From an uncultured Aquificales bacterium (GTDB lineage: Bacteria; Thermosulfidibacterota; Thermosulfidibacteria; Thermosulfidibacterales; Thermosulfidibacteraceae): DNA of 56,671 nt. Positions 17,527-28,560 of this stretch are shown here, one piece after another. The stretch spans positions 1 through 56,671 of the forward strand of contig CAYPLO010000004.1 of the NCBI GenBank assembly GCA_964411615.1, written 5' to 3'. The notes under the pieces were generated by a model that had not been told where the DNA came from, made no database searches, and saw only the letters and a list, made by a program, of their open reading frames with translations. The translations under genes were made by a program, and so were the position numbers. Every line of letters starts with the position of its first letter. Position 1 is the first letter of the stretch.

Positions 17527-19524
17527 TTAAGAGAAAAGGTTCTTCAAGGCCTGCCCCAGGTCAAAGATGGTGAAGGGCTTGAAGAGGGCTGATGTGTTCT
17601 TCTCGCTGGCCCTGGAAAGGAGTCTGCTGAAGTGGTTTGTGTATCCCGTTATGTAGACGATTTTTATATCCGGTTTTATCTTTCTCGCCTCGTCTGCCAG
17701 CTTGAAGCCGTCAATCTCAGGCATGACTATGTCGGTTATGAGAACTTCGTAGTCTTCTGGATTCCTTTTGAAGGCTTCAAGGGCCTCCTTGGGGTCTAAA
17801 AAGCCGTCGCTTTCAACCTCAAGCTCCTTTAGCATCTGGGTAAGGACACTCAAAAGGGGCTGGTTGTCCTCGGCCACAAGGGCCTTTCCCTTAATCTTAA
17901 CCTCTGGATAGATGGTCTTTTCGGTCTCCACAACACTGGGCTTGGGGCTTTCAGGCTGGCTGTGTTCTGGCAGGTATATGTAGAAGGTGGTTCCTCTACC
18001 CACCTGGCTCTTCACATCTATGTTTCCTCCCATGCTGTTCACGATGTTGAAGGTCTGGTAAAGGCCCAATCCGGTTCCCTTCTGCCCCTTGGTTGTGAAG
18101 AATGGGTCAAATATCTTGTCCAGGTACCTTTCGGGGATACCCGTTCCCGTGTCCTCTATGGCGATGACCACAGAGTTCTTGGGATAGGGTCCCTCTCTGA
18201 AACTCCTCTTTCCCAGTCTTATGGTGAGCCTTCCCCCTCCCGGCATGGCGTCCTTGGCGTTGGTCACTATGTTCATTAAGGCGGCGTGTATCTTCTCAGG
18301 TGAGCCCTTGACTGCGTAGCTCTGTTTATCATCCTCTATCTCAAGGTTCACTGAGATATTCTCCGGAATGGTCCTTGATATGAGCTTGGTGAACTCCTTC
18401 AGCATGGGCTTCAGGTCAACCACCTTCTCCTCTGTTGAGCTGTCCCTTGAGAAGACGAGAATCTGGGATATGAGCCTTGATGCCTTCTGGCACTCGTCAA
18501 TGATGATATTTAGATACTCCAGTAGCTCCGGCCTGTCCTTTGCTTTTTCGGCGCATATCTGGGCGAAGCCTATAATCACGTTGAGTATATTGTTGAAGTC
18601 GTGGGCTATGCCCCCCGCCAGCACCCCAAGGGCCTCAAGCTTCTGGGTCCTGAGGACCACCTTGTTGAATATCTCCTTCTCCCTCTGATGCCTGTATATG
18701 GAGAATATAGTGTTGATAAGTCCTGCGAAGTCCTTGAGGGTGTTCAGGTCTGCCGGCGTGAATCTGGGCTGGTCCTTTGCTCTACAGAAGGATAGGGTGC
18801 CGAAGAGCTGTCCGTCAACCATTATGGGGATGGCTATGGCACTGGCTATGCTGCATTTGGACAAACAGGCCTTTGGTAAAATCTCCTGCGGGAAGTCCTC
18901 CAGTATTACGGGCTCTTTCTTTCTCGCGGCAAGTCCGGAGGCTCCCTCGTCAAGCTCTATGTAATCCCTGTCAGGCGGCTTCCCGTGGTAGGCTATTATC
19001 CTGAGTTTTCCATCTTTTGTCAGTCTTGTGAACAACACCGTGTCTGCACCGAAGAACCCGTGGGTTTCATCTACAATTTTCTGGGCTATCTCTTTCAGCG
19101 AGCTTTTCCTCGATGCCTCCATCATCAGGACGTTGAGGGTGGATATGAGCCTCTTGTGCTTATCGTAAAGGTCCTTAAGTAGTGCTGCCTCAAGGGCGTG
19201 CTTAACAGCCTCTATCCTCTCCCGAAGGATTCTGACCTCATCCTCACTGAAATCCTCGTCCCTCTCTATTACCAGTTTGGCCAGAAAGTCCTGGTGTATC
19301 AGCTTGAACCTGACGCAGTAGCACCCTTTTATATCGGGACACCTGATGGGGGTGTGAAACTCCCTGTCGCACTCAAGGAACCTGGTGGGGTCCTTAAGTA
19401 CCGGACTGTCCTCGGGGTACCTTCTGATGACCTTAGTGTTCTTCTCTAAGACATGGATGTATAGAGACTTCGCCTTTAGCCTTTCTCCAAGCTCATCCAA
19501 GTAGCGGCTTAGGGTTTGCTTCAT
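17527..19524 (-). CDS. Hybrid sensor histidine kinase (GAF-HisKA-HATPase-REC), soluble
   Basis: [10 protein letters not shown]-box, [26 protein letters not shown]; receiver AED / TDIVMP / KPF; GAF with F...D. Confidence 0.92.
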   Translation of the reverse strand: MKQTLSRYLDELGERLKAKSLYIHVLEKNTKVIRRYPEDSPVLKDPTRFLECDREFHTPIRCPDIKGCYCVRFKLIHQDFLAKLVIERDEDFSEDEVRILRERIEAVKHALEAALLKDLYDKHKRLISTLNVLMMEASRKSSLKEIAQKIVDETHGFFGADTVLFTRLTKDGKLRIIAYHGKPPDRDYIELDEGASGLAARKKEPVILEDFPQEILPKACLSKCSIASAIAIPIMVDGQLFGTLSFCRAKDQPRFTPADLNTLKDFAGLINTIFSIYRHQREKEIFNKVVLRTQKLEALGVLAGGIAHDFNNILNVIIGFAQICAEKAKDRPELLEYLNIIIDECQKASRLISQILVFSRDSSTEEKVVDLKPMLKEFTKLISRTIPENISVNLEIEDDKQSYAVKGSPEKIHAALMNIVTNAKDAMPGGGRLTIRLGKRSFREGPYPKNSVVIAIEDTGTGIPERYLDKIFDPFFTTKGQKGTGLGLYQTFNIVNSMGGNIDVKSQVGRGTTFYIYLPEHSQPESPKPSVVETEKTIYPEVKIKGKALVAEDNQPLLSVLTQMLKELEVESDGFLDPKEALEAFKRNPEDYEVLITDIVMPEIDGFKLADEARKIKPDIKIVYITGYTNHFSRLLSRASEKNTSALFKPFTIFDLGQALKNLFS

Positions 19525-19530
19525 AAAGTT

Positions 19531-19559
19531 ATTAGACCATCTCTTGGGTTTTAGGTCAA
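19531..19559 (-). promoter_or_regulatory. Possible promoter for the hybrid kinase
   Basis: Minus strand TTGACC-N17-TCTAAT, then 6 nt to the ATG; no SD. Confidence 0.35.
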
Positions 19560-19563
19560 TCCG

Positions 19564-20025
19564 CTAACCCCCCTTCATCTTCCTCAGCTCCTCAACCAGG
19601 GGCCTGTAGTAAAGCTCCATGAGCCTGAATACGGCGGCTCCGGCGTTCTGATAGGATAGTCTGTAAAGATAGGCTCCCATTGACAGGTAATACTCCTGCT
19701 TCGGTCTTCTCTTGCCGAACCTCTCCCAGAAGAGGGAGTTAAGTATCAGGAGATTCTCAGCTCCTTCAACAGAGCTCTCCTTTGGGGGCCTTCCCGAGAA
19801 GAAGTACTCTATCAGAATATCAACGGCGTAAAGGGGGAGATTTCTCTTTTTAAGCCTCCTCCAGAATACCCCGGGGACGTAGTCTGCTATCAGTTGAAGG
19901 TCCAGGTAGTCTATCTCCTGGGCCAGCCTTCTTGAGTCGACTAAGTACCCCTTTATGTATCTTTTAAACTCCTTCTCCCCGAAGGACCACACCAGGCGGT
20001 TGAAGAGCTCTTCCCACCTGCCCAT
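19564..20025 (-). CDS. Hypothetical protein (about 153 aa)
   Basis: Start moved to the ATG at 20025 to avoid overlap with glnE; host-like codon use. Confidence 0.7.
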   Translation of the reverse strand: MGRWEELFNRLVWSFGEKEFKRYIKGYLVDSRRLAQEIDYLDLQLIADYVPGVFWRRLKKRNLPLYAVDILIEYFFSGRPPKESSVEGAENLLILNSLFWERFGKRRPKQEYYLSMGAYLYRLSYQNAGAAVFRLMELYYRPLVEELRKMKGG

Positions 20026-20093
20026 CAATAATAAAGTTTTGGAACCCCTCCCTTTCGGTGCAAGGGGGTTTGTGGTAATAGCCTTGGCCGGAG

Positions 20094-22628
20094 GTGCCGT
20101 TGCTTTACAACAGCCCCTATCTATCGGAGATACCTCTATCCCTGAGAAAGGCCCTTGATGATGCGGGGCTTCTTGAGGCCGTCTCCTACTGTTTCTTCTG
20201 TAGCAACTACATAGCCTCAAGGCTTGTGGCCCATCCTGACTGGATTGAGGAGATATTCCTTAAAGAGGGCTATCTCAGGAGTGTGGGGAGGGAGGATTAC
20301 CTGTCCCTATTTGCCGGTAAAGGGATAGAAGAGGTGAGGGGCCTCTTCAGAAGGGAGCATCTGAGGCTCGGGGTCAGGGACCTCTTGAGGGCCGCCGATA
20401 CCGAGAGAATACTCAGGGAGCTTAGCTTTCTTGCGGATGCTGTGGTCTCCCGTTGTCTGGAGATTGCTTCCCAGGGGCTTGTTCAGGGACAGTGCCCATG
20501 CTCCGTTGTGGCACTGGGGAAGCTCGGAGGGGAGGAGCTCAACTACTACTCCGACGTTGACCTGATGTACGTTTACAGAGGGACCAGCTCTGAGATAGAG
20601 AGATACACCAGGCTATTTTCCCGTTTAAACAGGCTCCTTTCCGAATACGCTGAGGGTGGCCCTATCTACAACGTTGATTTGAGGCTGAGGCCCCAGGGGA
20701 GGAAGGGGCTTCTCTGTATGCCCGTTGAGGCTTATGAAGCCTACTACGAGGCCTACGGCAGGACCTGGGAGAGGGCCATGCTCATAAGGGCCCGTCACTG
20801 TGCCGGGGATGCGGCTGTCTTTAAAGACCTCATGGGGAGGATAACCCCCTTCATCTACAGGAAGCACCTGGACTTTTCCGCCATTGAGGAGATAAGGCGG
20901 CTCAAGGAGAGTATAGACCAGAGCTCCTCTGACCGTGAGGATATAAAGACGGGAAGGGGAGGGATAAGGGAGGTGGAGTTTGTTGTCCAGGCCTTCCAGC
21001 TGGTCTTCGGGGGCAGGAACCCGAATCTGAGGGTGGGGAACCTTTTCCTCGCCCTGCACAGGCTGAGGGCTTCTGGCCTTCTGGGGGCTGAGGAGCACAG
21101 TATCCTTTATAACGCCTACAGGTTCTACAGAAGACTGGAAAACAGAATCCAGATGCTCAACTGCACCCAGACCCAGAAGTTGCCCTCCTCCCAGATGGAT
21201 AGGATAGCTGTGGCCATGGGCTATAGGGATGGTCAGGAGCTGCTCAGGGAGCTTTCGGGGCACAGGGAGGGGGTGAGGCGCATCTTTGAGGAGGTGATGA
21301 CTCCATCGGACAGGCCATCGGTGGTCTATCACTGGAAGGAGCCGGGGCTTAAGAGGGTTATGGACACATTGACAGACCTTTACGGAATTGATGGTGAGGA
21401 GGCCTTGGCCAAGGTGGTGGAGGAGGCACAGAACACCCTTAATCCCTCCATGGTGGTTAAGCACCTTGCGGATATAGTGGGCTCCATGAGGTACACAGAG
21501 CACACCTTCCTCAGGCTTCTGGTGGAGAGTCCGGGCTTCAGAAGAACCCTTGTTGAGGTGCTGGGCAACAGCCAGTATCTGGCCAGGATGGTCCTTTCAA
21601 AGCCACAGCTTCTTGATGTTCTGTTCTCAGGAGCCGACTCTCTGGAGGATGAAGGACTCCCTATTCGGGATGTCGAAAGGCTTCCGCGGGAAGAGGTGCT
21701 CAGCAGGCTCAAAGAGCTTGTGGAGGAACAGACCCTGCTTGTGGGTTTTCTGGAGTTGTCCGGCGTGTTGACGCCCCTTCAGGTCTTCTCACGGTGCACA
21801 AGGACTGCAGAAGTGTTTTTAAGAGTCCTGCACAACCTTCACAGAAACAGGTATCCCGTTGTTGTGCTTGGACTTGGCAAGCTTGGTAGCAGGGAGCTGA
21901 CCTACCATTCGGACCTTGATGTTATCTTTGTTAGCAGCGTATCGGGAGATGACCTCCACAGGGATTACTACCTTCCCATACTCAACTCGGGGGTCTATGA
22001 GGTTGATGTGAGGCTGAGGCCCTTTGGCAGCAAAGGACTGATGGTCAGCACTCCGGAGCTTCTCAGGGAGTACTTTTCAAAGCACGGGCGCATCTGGGAG
22101 AAGCTGGCCTATTCCAGATGTAGGGTTGTGGTTGCCGACGACGAAGAGCTGGCCCGCTCGGCCATGGAGGCTGTTGAGGAGTTTGTATACGCCCCCGTTG
22201 ACGGCCTTGAGAAGGGTGTCTTTGAGATGAGGATGAGGCTTGAGAGGGAGCTGGGACGTTCCCCCTACAACGTCAAGTACTCCTCAGGGGGAGTGGTTGA
22301 CATAGAGTTTGTCGGTCAGTACCTGGCGGTGAAACACGGTATCAGGAGGGTCCATCCCCTTGCTGCGGTGGCTGTATCGGCTAAAAGGGGCCTGGTGGAT
22401 GGCTCCATTTACGAAAGGCTCAAGGCTAACTACCTGTTTCTTAGAAGGCTTGAGAACATCCTGAGGCTTGTCTTCTATCCTCCCCTCAAGGAGCTTCCCA
22501 GAAGGGGGGAGAAGCTCTTTATGGCGGCCAAGGCCATGGGAATGGATGAGCACACCCTTCTGGATGCCTACATGGAGGTGAAGGAATCCAACAGAAGGAT
22601 TCTCAAAGAGGTTCTGGATACGCCGTAG
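20094..22628 (+). CDS. glnE: Bifunctional glutamine synthetase adenylyltransferase/adenylyl-removing enzyme
   Basis: Two nucleotidyltransferase domains (GKLGGEELNYYSDVDL and GKLGSRELTYHSDLDV), VDLRLRP, WER..L, K...GGIREVEF. Confidence 0.92.
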   Translation: MPLLYNSPYLSEIPLSLRKALDDAGLLEAVSYCFFCSNYIASRLVAHPDWIEEIFLKEGYLRSVGREDYLSLFAGKGIEEVRGLFRREHLRLGVRDLLRAADTERILRELSFLADAVVSRCLEIASQGLVQGQCPCSVVALGKLGGEELNYYSDVDLMYVYRGTSSEIERYTRLFSRLNRLLSEYAEGGPIYNVDLRLRPQGRKGLLCMPVEAYEAYYEAYGRTWERAMLIRARHCAGDAAVFKDLMGRITPFIYRKHLDFSAIEEIRRLKESIDQSSSDREDIKTGRGGIREVEFVVQAFQLVFGGRNPNLRVGNLFLALHRLRASGLLGAEEHSILYNAYRFYRRLENRIQMLNCTQTQKLPSSQMDRIAVAMGYRDGQELLRELSGHREGVRRIFEEVMTPSDRPSVVYHWKEPGLKRVMDTLTDLYGIDGEEALAKVVEEAQNTLNPSMVVKHLADIVGSMRYTEHTFLRLLVESPGFRRTLVEVLGNSQYLARMVLSKPQLLDVLFSGADSLEDEGLPIRDVERLPREEVLSRLKELVEEQTLLVGFLELSGVLTPLQVFSRCTRTAEVFLRVLHNLHRNRYPVVVLGLGKLGSRELTYHSDLDVIFVSSVSGDDLHRDYYLPILNSGVYEVDVRLRPFGSKGLMVSTPELLREYFSKHGRIWEKLAYSRCRVVVADDEELARSAMEAVEEFVYAPVDGLEKGVFEMRMRLERELGRSPYNVKYSSGGVVDIEFVGQYLAVKHGIRRVHPLAAVAVSAKRGLVDGSIYERLKANYLFLRRLENILRLVFYPPLKELPRRGEKLFMAAKAMGMDEHTLLDAYMEVKESNRRILKEVLDTP

Positions 22629-22666
22629 TCCTCAACTACAGGAATGTAACCGGCCCTGCCCTGCCC

Positions 22667-23428
22667 ATGCTCATACTTGCAAGCAGGATTGGGGCCACGG
22701 TTTTTGGCTTGAGGGGAGGCTCCCTTGAAAGGGAGGCTCTGAAAAGGGGGTTAACCTTCAGGTCCCTCACCTTGGGAGAACTCTTGTGCTTTCGTGGAAC
22801 CTTCCTGACTGTGAGAAGCTGGGACACCCTCCTTGCCCTTATGGCTGCCAGAATCACAGGCTCTAACGTTGTTAGGCTGAACTTTACCGACAGAAGGATT
22901 CTTTGGGATGCCTTTGTGGACCGTGTGGTTCCCCTCACGAGACTCGGCTGGATAGAGGAGGTTCTTCCGGACCTTTCCAAGGGTAGGGGATGGAAACTCT
23001 GCGTGGTATCAAGGCTCAAGCTTGAAAGGGGGGTGGACAGGCTTTTGGATATCCTGTCTCGCCTTCGCTTGGACCACAGGCTCTACGTCATCGGGGGTGG
23101 GGACAGGTCCCTGCTGAAGGGGAGGGTTATACACATCCACAGGAAGGTGGACAGGTTCATGAAGCTTCTTGCCCGTATGGATATTATGGTCTATCCCTCT
23201 GCCGGAACCGATAAGAGTTGCAGGGCGGTTCTTGAGGCCATGGCTGCGGGGGTTGCGGTGGTGAGCCTTGAGGACAGGACCTGGAGGTATGTGGACCACC
23301 ATGTGGGGATTCAGGGCGGCACGGATGCCCTTGAAAGGCTCCTCACCCTTCCCGCTGTGGTAAGGAGAATGCAGGTTAACGCTATGAGAAGGGCTGGCAG
23401 GTTCCTGCTGAGGAGAGCTTTTCTGTGA
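22667..23428 (+). CDS. Short GT4-family glycosyltransferase (true start probably upstream)
   Basis: VVSRLK.ERG, D..CRAVLEAMAAG C-terminal GT-B motif. Confidence 0.7.
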   Translation: MLILASRIGATVFGLRGGSLEREALKRGLTFRSLTLGELLCFRGTFLTVRSWDTLLALMAARITGSNVVRLNFTDRRILWDAFVDRVVPLTRLGWIEEVLPDLSKGRGWKLCVVSRLKLERGVDRLLDILSRLRLDHRLYVIGGGDRSLLKGRVIHIHRKVDRFMKLLARMDIMVYPSAGTDKSCRAVLEAMAAGVAVVSLEDRTWRYVDHHVGIQGGTDALERLLTLPAVVRRMQVNAMRRAGRFLLRRAFL

Positions 23429-24477
23429 AGGTGGCACAGGTCATATCCCGCTCTGGCTGTTCGTCTGGTGGTAGCATCCAGGCCTTGCTTCTCGCCAGGT
23501 CCCTTGCAGATAGGGGGGTGGATTCTCTCTTCGTGTCTAAGGGTGGCGACTGCGCCTTAAAGGCGAGAAGAATGGGGGTGAAGAGCCTTTCCGTGTCCAT
23601 GAGCTGGAGTCCCAGAGGGGTGCTGGAGTTTGTGAAGGCACTTAAAAGATTTGATGTGCTCCACGCCCACAAGGGTAAGGCTCTCTCCTTCTGCCTCCTT
23701 CACGTCCTGATAACGGGAAAGGGCAGGGTGTTTGCCAACAGAGGGGTCTCCTTTCCCCTGTCATGGAGCAACCGGTGGAAGTACGCCATACCCCTGACAA
23801 GGGGTGTAATATGCGTCTCCTTTGGTGTAAAGCGACTGCTCATGGGGGAGGGGATAAGGGGGGAGAAGCTCTACGTGGTATACGGCAGTCTTGATGAGAG
23901 GTTCTTCAATCCCAGGCCCAAACCTCTCTGCCTGAAGGAGCTTGGACTCGGCAACGCCTTCTACGTTGGCCTTGTGGGGAACTTTCGCCCCTGGAAGGGG
24001 CACCTGATACTGGCCAGGGCTCTGTCCTCTGTGAGGAGGAGCATACCCGGAGCCGTTATGCTCCTTGCGGGTAAGGAGAAGAGGGGAATCCTTGAGAAGG
24101 TGGAGGAGCTTCTGGGAGGAGCTTTTGTAAGTCTCGGGTACCGTGAGGATGTTGAGAGGGTGATGGGAGCAATGGATGTTCTTGTGAACGCCTCCACAGA
24201 AGGGGAGGGGGTTCCTGGGGTTATAAGGGAGGCCATGGCCCTGGGGATTCCCGTTGTGGCTTCTTCCCTTGACGGCAACCGGGAGATGGTGAGGCATGGA
24301 AAGAACGGTCTCCTATTCCCTGTGGGAGATGCCGATGCCCTTTCTCGCTTGATTTCCCTGCTTCTGTTGACACCTGCTCTTGGAAAGAGGCTGGGGGTGG
24401 GAGGAAGGCGCTTTGCAAGGAGATTCACAGGAGCAGAGAGGGCGCGGAGGATGCTCAGAATCTATGAAGGCGGATAG
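23425..24477 (+). CDS. GT4-family glycosyltransferase
   Basis: GGSIQAL, WKGH, EGVPGVIREAMALGIPVVAS. Confidence 0.88.
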   Translation: MKVAQVISRSGCSSGGSIQALLLARSLADRGVDSLFVSKGGDCALKARRMGVKSLSVSMSWSPRGVLEFVKALKRFDVLHAHKGKALSFCLLHVLITGKGRVFANRGVSFPLSWSNRWKYAIPLTRGVICVSFGVKRLLMGEGIRGEKLYVVYGSLDERFFNPRPKPLCLKELGLGNAFYVGLVGNFRPWKGHLILARALSSVRRSIPGAVMLLAGKEKRGILEKVEELLGGAFVSLGYREDVERVMGAMDVLVNASTEGEGVPGVIREAMALGIPVVASSLDGNREMVRHGKNGLLFPVGDADALSRLISLLLLTPALGKRLGVGGRRFARRFTGAERARRMLRIYEGG

Positions 24478-25321
24478 ACGCTCCCTCTACCTCCATCTGG
24501 CGCGTAAGCTTCTGGACAGGCTCGGATTCAGGTGCTCAGCCCTTGAGCCTGCAGCCTCTGGAAGGAAGGGGCTCGTCTTCTTCTGCCATCCTGACCGTGG
24601 AGAGCCTCTGGTTATGCGCCTCTACAGCAATCCCCTCTACTACTTCAAGTCTCTTCTCATCAGAAGGGCTGTGGCGAGGGCCAGGGTACCTCTGGCCCCT
24701 GAGGTGGTCTTCAGTTCCCTCCTCTTTTCCGGGGCAAGGCCGTGGGGTGTTGTCCTTGAGGAGAGACTGGGTGAGGTCTCCTCTTTTGGTAGGGACCAGG
24801 CCCTTGACCTCGTTCGCAGACTTGCAGTGCTTCACAGGAGCACATCTATCTCTTCCAAACTCCTTCACAGGTACGTTCTTGCCAAGTGGATAAGAAAGAC
24901 AGAGGGCAGCCTCAGGTATATCAAAAGGGAGGAGGATGTTTACCATACACTGAAGCCCCTGTGGGACAGGGTATGCAGGATGGAGGTTGGCCCCTTGCTC
25001 TCCCTCTGCCACAGAGATGTGGGACTGGCGAACTCCGGCACAAAGGGTGATAGACTTCTCCTTTTGGACTGGGACAACGCATCCCTCTTCTTTCCCCAGT
25101 ACGAGTTTATCCAGTGCTGCTACTTCTTCGGGCTTTCACCTGAGGATGCACTCCCGGTCTATCTTGAGGCTTCAGGGTGGAAGGACTGCTTCACGGATTC
25201 TCTGCCCTTCTTTGTGGCCATGTTCCTCATAGCCCGTGCCAAGAAGTACCTGCGCAGGGGCAAACTTTATAAACTGGACAGGATATGCTATCTGGCATCT
25301 CAATGGGAGGTATTGGCGTGA
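24464..25321 (+). CDS. APH/choline-kinase-like phosphotransferase
   Basis: LA.LH, CHRDVGLAN (HxDxxxxN Brenner motif), LLDWD; in-frame ATG at 24464. Confidence 0.75.
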   Translation: MKADRRSLYLHLARKLLDRLGFRCSALEPAASGRKGLVFFCHPDRGEPLVMRLYSNPLYYFKSLLIRRAVARARVPLAPEVVFSSLLFSGARPWGVVLEERLGEVSSFGRDQALDLVRRLAVLHRSTSISSKLLHRYVLAKWIRKTEGSLRYIKREEDVYHTLKPLWDRVCRMEVGPLLSLCHRDVGLANSGTKGDRLLLLDWDNASLFFPQYEFIQCCYFFGLSPEDALPVYLEASGWKDCFTDSLPFFVAMFLIARAKKYLRRGKLYKLDRICYLASQWEVLA

Positions 25322-26697
25322 AGGAGGAGCTCCTTAGGAGACTTCCCAAGGTTGATGCTGTGTTGAAGAGGGATGAGGTGGAGGGCCTATTCACCACCTA
25401 TCCCAGGTGGGTTGTGGTTGAATCGTTGAGGCGAATCATAGAGGAGAAGAGGAGGGAGATACTTTCGGGGGGCTCTCCACAGGTGTCGGAGGAGGATATA
25501 GCCAGGGAGCTTGTGGAGAGGATACCCTTTATGGCACGTCCCTCCCTTAAGAGGGTGATAAACGCCACAGGTGTGGTTCTCCACACCAACCTGGGCAGGG
25601 CCCCTCTACCAAAAGAGGCGGTGGATGCCATGGCCGTTGTGGCATCCCGATACTCAAACCTTGAGTACGACCTTGAGAGAGGGGAGAGAGGGCTCAGATA
25701 CGTCCACGTGGTGGATATACTGAAGAAGATTACCGGCTGCGAATCTGCCCTGGTGGTCAACAACAACGCCGCTGCTGTGTTTCTGGTTCTCAATACCCTG
25801 GCGTCCGGCAAGGAGGTGGTAGTCTCAAGGGGAGAGCTCATAGAGATAGGGGGCTCCTTCAGGATGCCCGATGTGATGCGCTCTGCAGGAGCCATTCTCA
25901 AAGAGGTGGGAACCACAAACAAGACAAGGCTTTCAGACTACAGGGCCGCCATCTCCGAAAACACCGCCCTTATACTGAAGGTCCATCCCAGCAACTACAG
26001 GATAATGGGCTTCACCCAGACCGTTCCCCTTAAGGAACTTGTATCCCTGGGCAGAGAGTATGGCATCCCTGTTTACGAGGACTTGGGTAGCGGTCTCTTT
26101 GTTGATGTCAGGAGGTACGGGCTTCCCTACGAACCCACCGTGCAGGAGTCCCTAAGGGCTGGTGTGGATATAGTATCTTTCAGCGGCGATAAGTTGCTGG
26201 GAGGCGCCCAGGCTGGAATAATTCTGGGCAGACGGGAGCTTATGGAGAAGGTCAGGAGAAACCCCATAAACAGGGCCCTCAGAATAGACAAGCTCACCCT
26301 CTCTGCCCTTGAGGCCACCTTGCGCCTCTACATGGAGGAAAGGCCGGAGACCAAGGTTCCGGTACTTGGTATGCTTTCCCAGGGACTGGAGGAGCTCAGT
26401 AAGAAGGCCCAAAAGCTCCTTGAACTTCTGGGAGAGGTGGAGGGGTACAGCTTTCGCATAGTTGAGGATACCTCCACCGTCGGCGGTGGAGCCCTTCCCC
26501 TTGCAGAGCTTCCCACATGTTGTGTGGCCATTAAGGGAGCTCAGTCCCCCCAGAGGATAGAGGAGCTGTTGAGGACCAGGCCTCTCATTCCGGTGGTATC
26601 CAGGATAAAGGATGACATGGTGCTCCTTGACATGAGAACGGTATTTGAGGATGAGCTTGAGACCCTCGCCCGTTCCGTCAGGGAGGCTCTGGCATGA
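25318..26697 (+). CDS. selA: L-seryl-tRNA(Sec) selenium transferase
   Basis: [51 protein letters not shown] (PLP lysine); GTG after GGGAGG. Confidence 0.97.
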   Translation: MKEELLRRLPKVDAVLKRDEVEGLFTTYPRWVVVESLRRIIEEKRREILSGGSPQVSEEDIARELVERIPFMARPSLKRVINATGVVLHTNLGRAPLPKEAVDAMAVVASRYSNLEYDLERGERGLRYVHVVDILKKITGCESALVVNNNAAAVFLVLNTLASGKEVVVSRGELIEIGGSFRMPDVMRSAGAILKEVGTTNKTRLSDYRAAISENTALILKVHPSNYRIMGFTQTVPLKELVSLGREYGIPVYEDLGSGLFVDVRRYGLPYEPTVQESLRAGVDIVSFSGDKLLGGAQAGIILGRRELMEKVRRNPINRALRIDKLTLSALEATLRLYMEERPETKVPVLGMLSQGLEELSKKAQKLLELLGEVEGYSFRIVEDTSTVGGGALPLAELPTCCVAIKGAQSPQRIEELLRTRPLIPVVSRIKDDMVLLDMRTVFEDELETLARSVREALA

Positions 26698-28556
26698 GAT
26701 ACGTTATTGTGGGTACCGCAGGGCATATAGACCACGGCAAGACCTCTTTAGTTAAGGCCATGACGGGTATAGACACGGACAGACTTCCTGAGGAGAAGAG
26801 AAGGGGGATAACGGTAGACCTAGGGTTTGCCCACTACAGGCTGTCTCCCCAGCTTGTTGTAAGTTTCGTAGATGTGCCCGGCCATGAGAAGCTCGTTAAG
26901 AACATGATAGCGGGGGCATGCGGTATAGATATGGTGTTGCTGGTGGTGGCTGCCGATGAAGGGGTCATGCCCCAGACCGTTGAGCATCTGAACATATGTC
27001 AGATACTTGGCATAACCAAGGGGGTGGTGGCCCTCAACAAGATAGACAAGGTTGACCCTGACACCCTTGAGACGGCCAAGGAGCATCTCAGGGAGTTTCT
27101 GGCAGAGACGGCCCTTAGGGATGCCCCTGTTGTCCCCGTATCTGCAAGAACGGGGGAGGGTATAGAGGAGCTCAAAAATGCCATAGCCACCGTTGCAGAA
27201 ACCTGCCGGAGAAGAGAAGGTATAACGCCCTTCAGGATGCCCGTTGACAGGGTCTTTAAGGTGAAGGGCTTTGGAACTGTGGTTACGGGAACCGTCTTTT
27301 CCGGCCAGGTGAGGGTTAAGGACACGGTGGAGGTTCTGCCTCTCGGAAGACTGTGCAGGGTTAGAAACATCCAGGTTAGGGGGGAGGACGTAGAGAAGTC
27401 TGAGGTTGGCAACAGAACTGCCCTGAACCTTCAGGGGATAGAGGTCCATGAGGTTGAGAGGGGTTTTGTAGTGGCCCAGCCTGGTATCTTTAAGCCCACG
27501 GACACCATTGATGCCTGGGCCTTTCTGCTGAAAGATTCTCCCTTCTCCATCAAGGACATGGCTCCCGTCAGGATACATGTGGCCACCAAGGAGGCGGTGG
27601 GCAGGGTTAAACTTTTGGATACGGAATCCCTGAAGGCTGGGGATGCGGCGTATGTCAGAGTCCACCTTGAGGAGGAGCTGGTAGCTGTCAATGGAGAACC
27701 CTTTGTAATCAGGAGCTACTCTCCCGTTTACACCATAGGCGGTGGGGTGGTTCTTGATGCTTTGCCCGATAGGGGGCGTATAAAGAGGGCTGAGCTTGCT
27801 TCAAGACTTGCACGGCTCAGGGATGCCGATGACGTGAAGAGGGCCGAGCTCTTTATCAGGTGGAATCCCAGAGGGGTTTCAAGGGACTACCTTATGCACA
27901 AACTCAGGGACCCCTTGAAGATAGATGATGTGATTGAAACCCTCTTGGCCTCCGGCAGGATTCTATCTGCCGGTGGACTTTACTTCTCAAAAGAGGCCGG
28001 AGAGCGGCTCTTGAGACAGATTGAGGAGACCGTTGAGAACTTCGTAAAACAGCGCAGATATACAACAGAGGTGCCCTACCGGGAACTGTCCCATGTCCTT
28101 AGATTGCCCGAAGAGGTGGTTAGGGACCTATCCTCCCTTTCCTCTAAGCTTGAGCCCACTTCTGGGGGAGTGAGGCTGAAGGGGGTGTCTGCCGCAGAGG
28201 ACCCCTTTGTGGGCAAGGTGGCAGCCCTTTTTGAAAGGGCAGGGTTCACTCCGCCGTCCATAGACGAGGCCTTTAGGACTGCTGGGGTCCCTCCTGAGCA
28301 CAGACGGCAGCTTCTCAGATACCTGCTGGACAGGGGAGTGCTGGTGAGGGTCAGTATGGACCTTGCCCTTCACTCAAAGTGGTTCAAAAAGATGTTGGAT
28401 ATGGTTAACGACTACTTTAAGACTCATAGGGAGATGGGGGTTGCAGACTTCAAAAACATGCTCGGAGTGAGCAGAAAGTACGCCATCCCGTACCTTGAGA
28501 TGCTTGACAGATGTGGGGTGACTAAGAGAGTGGGAAACAGAAGGGTGAAGAGGTGA
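26694..28556 (+). CDS. selB: Selenocysteine-specific elongation factor
   Basis: [29 protein letters not shown]-terminal winged helix SRKYAIP.LE.LD. Confidence 0.97.
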   Translation: MRYVIVGTAGHIDHGKTSLVKAMTGIDTDRLPEEKRRGITVDLGFAHYRLSPQLVVSFVDVPGHEKLVKNMIAGACGIDMVLLVVAADEGVMPQTVEHLNICQILGITKGVVALNKIDKVDPDTLETAKEHLREFLAETALRDAPVVPVSARTGEGIEELKNAIATVAETCRRREGITPFRMPVDRVFKVKGFGTVVTGTVFSGQVRVKDTVEVLPLGRLCRVRNIQVRGEDVEKSEVGNRTALNLQGIEVHEVERGFVVAQPGIFKPTDTIDAWAFLLKDSPFSIKDMAPVRIHVATKEAVGRVKLLDTESLKAGDAAYVRVHLEEELVAVNGEPFVIRSYSPVYTIGGGVVLDALPDRGRIKRAELASRLARLRDADDVKRAELFIRWNPRGVSRDYLMHKLRDPLKIDDVIETLLASGRILSAGGLYFSKEAGERLLRQIEETVENFVKQRRYTTEVPYRELSHVLRLPEEVVRDLSSLSSKLEPTSGGVRLKGVSAAEDPFVGKVAALFERAGFTPPSIDEAFRTAGVPPEHRRQLLRYLLDRGVLVRVSMDLALHSKWFKKMLDMVNDYFKTHREMGVADFKNMLGVSRKYAIPYLEMLDRCGVTKRVGNRRVKR

Positions 28557-28560
28557 GGGG

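Noticed and set aside
20043..20070. AACCCCT...GGGGGTT hairpin between the hypothetical gene and glnE
   Set aside because: The stem is short and low-complexity with a long loop, and it sits between divergent starts, so it is not a credible terminator or riboswitch.
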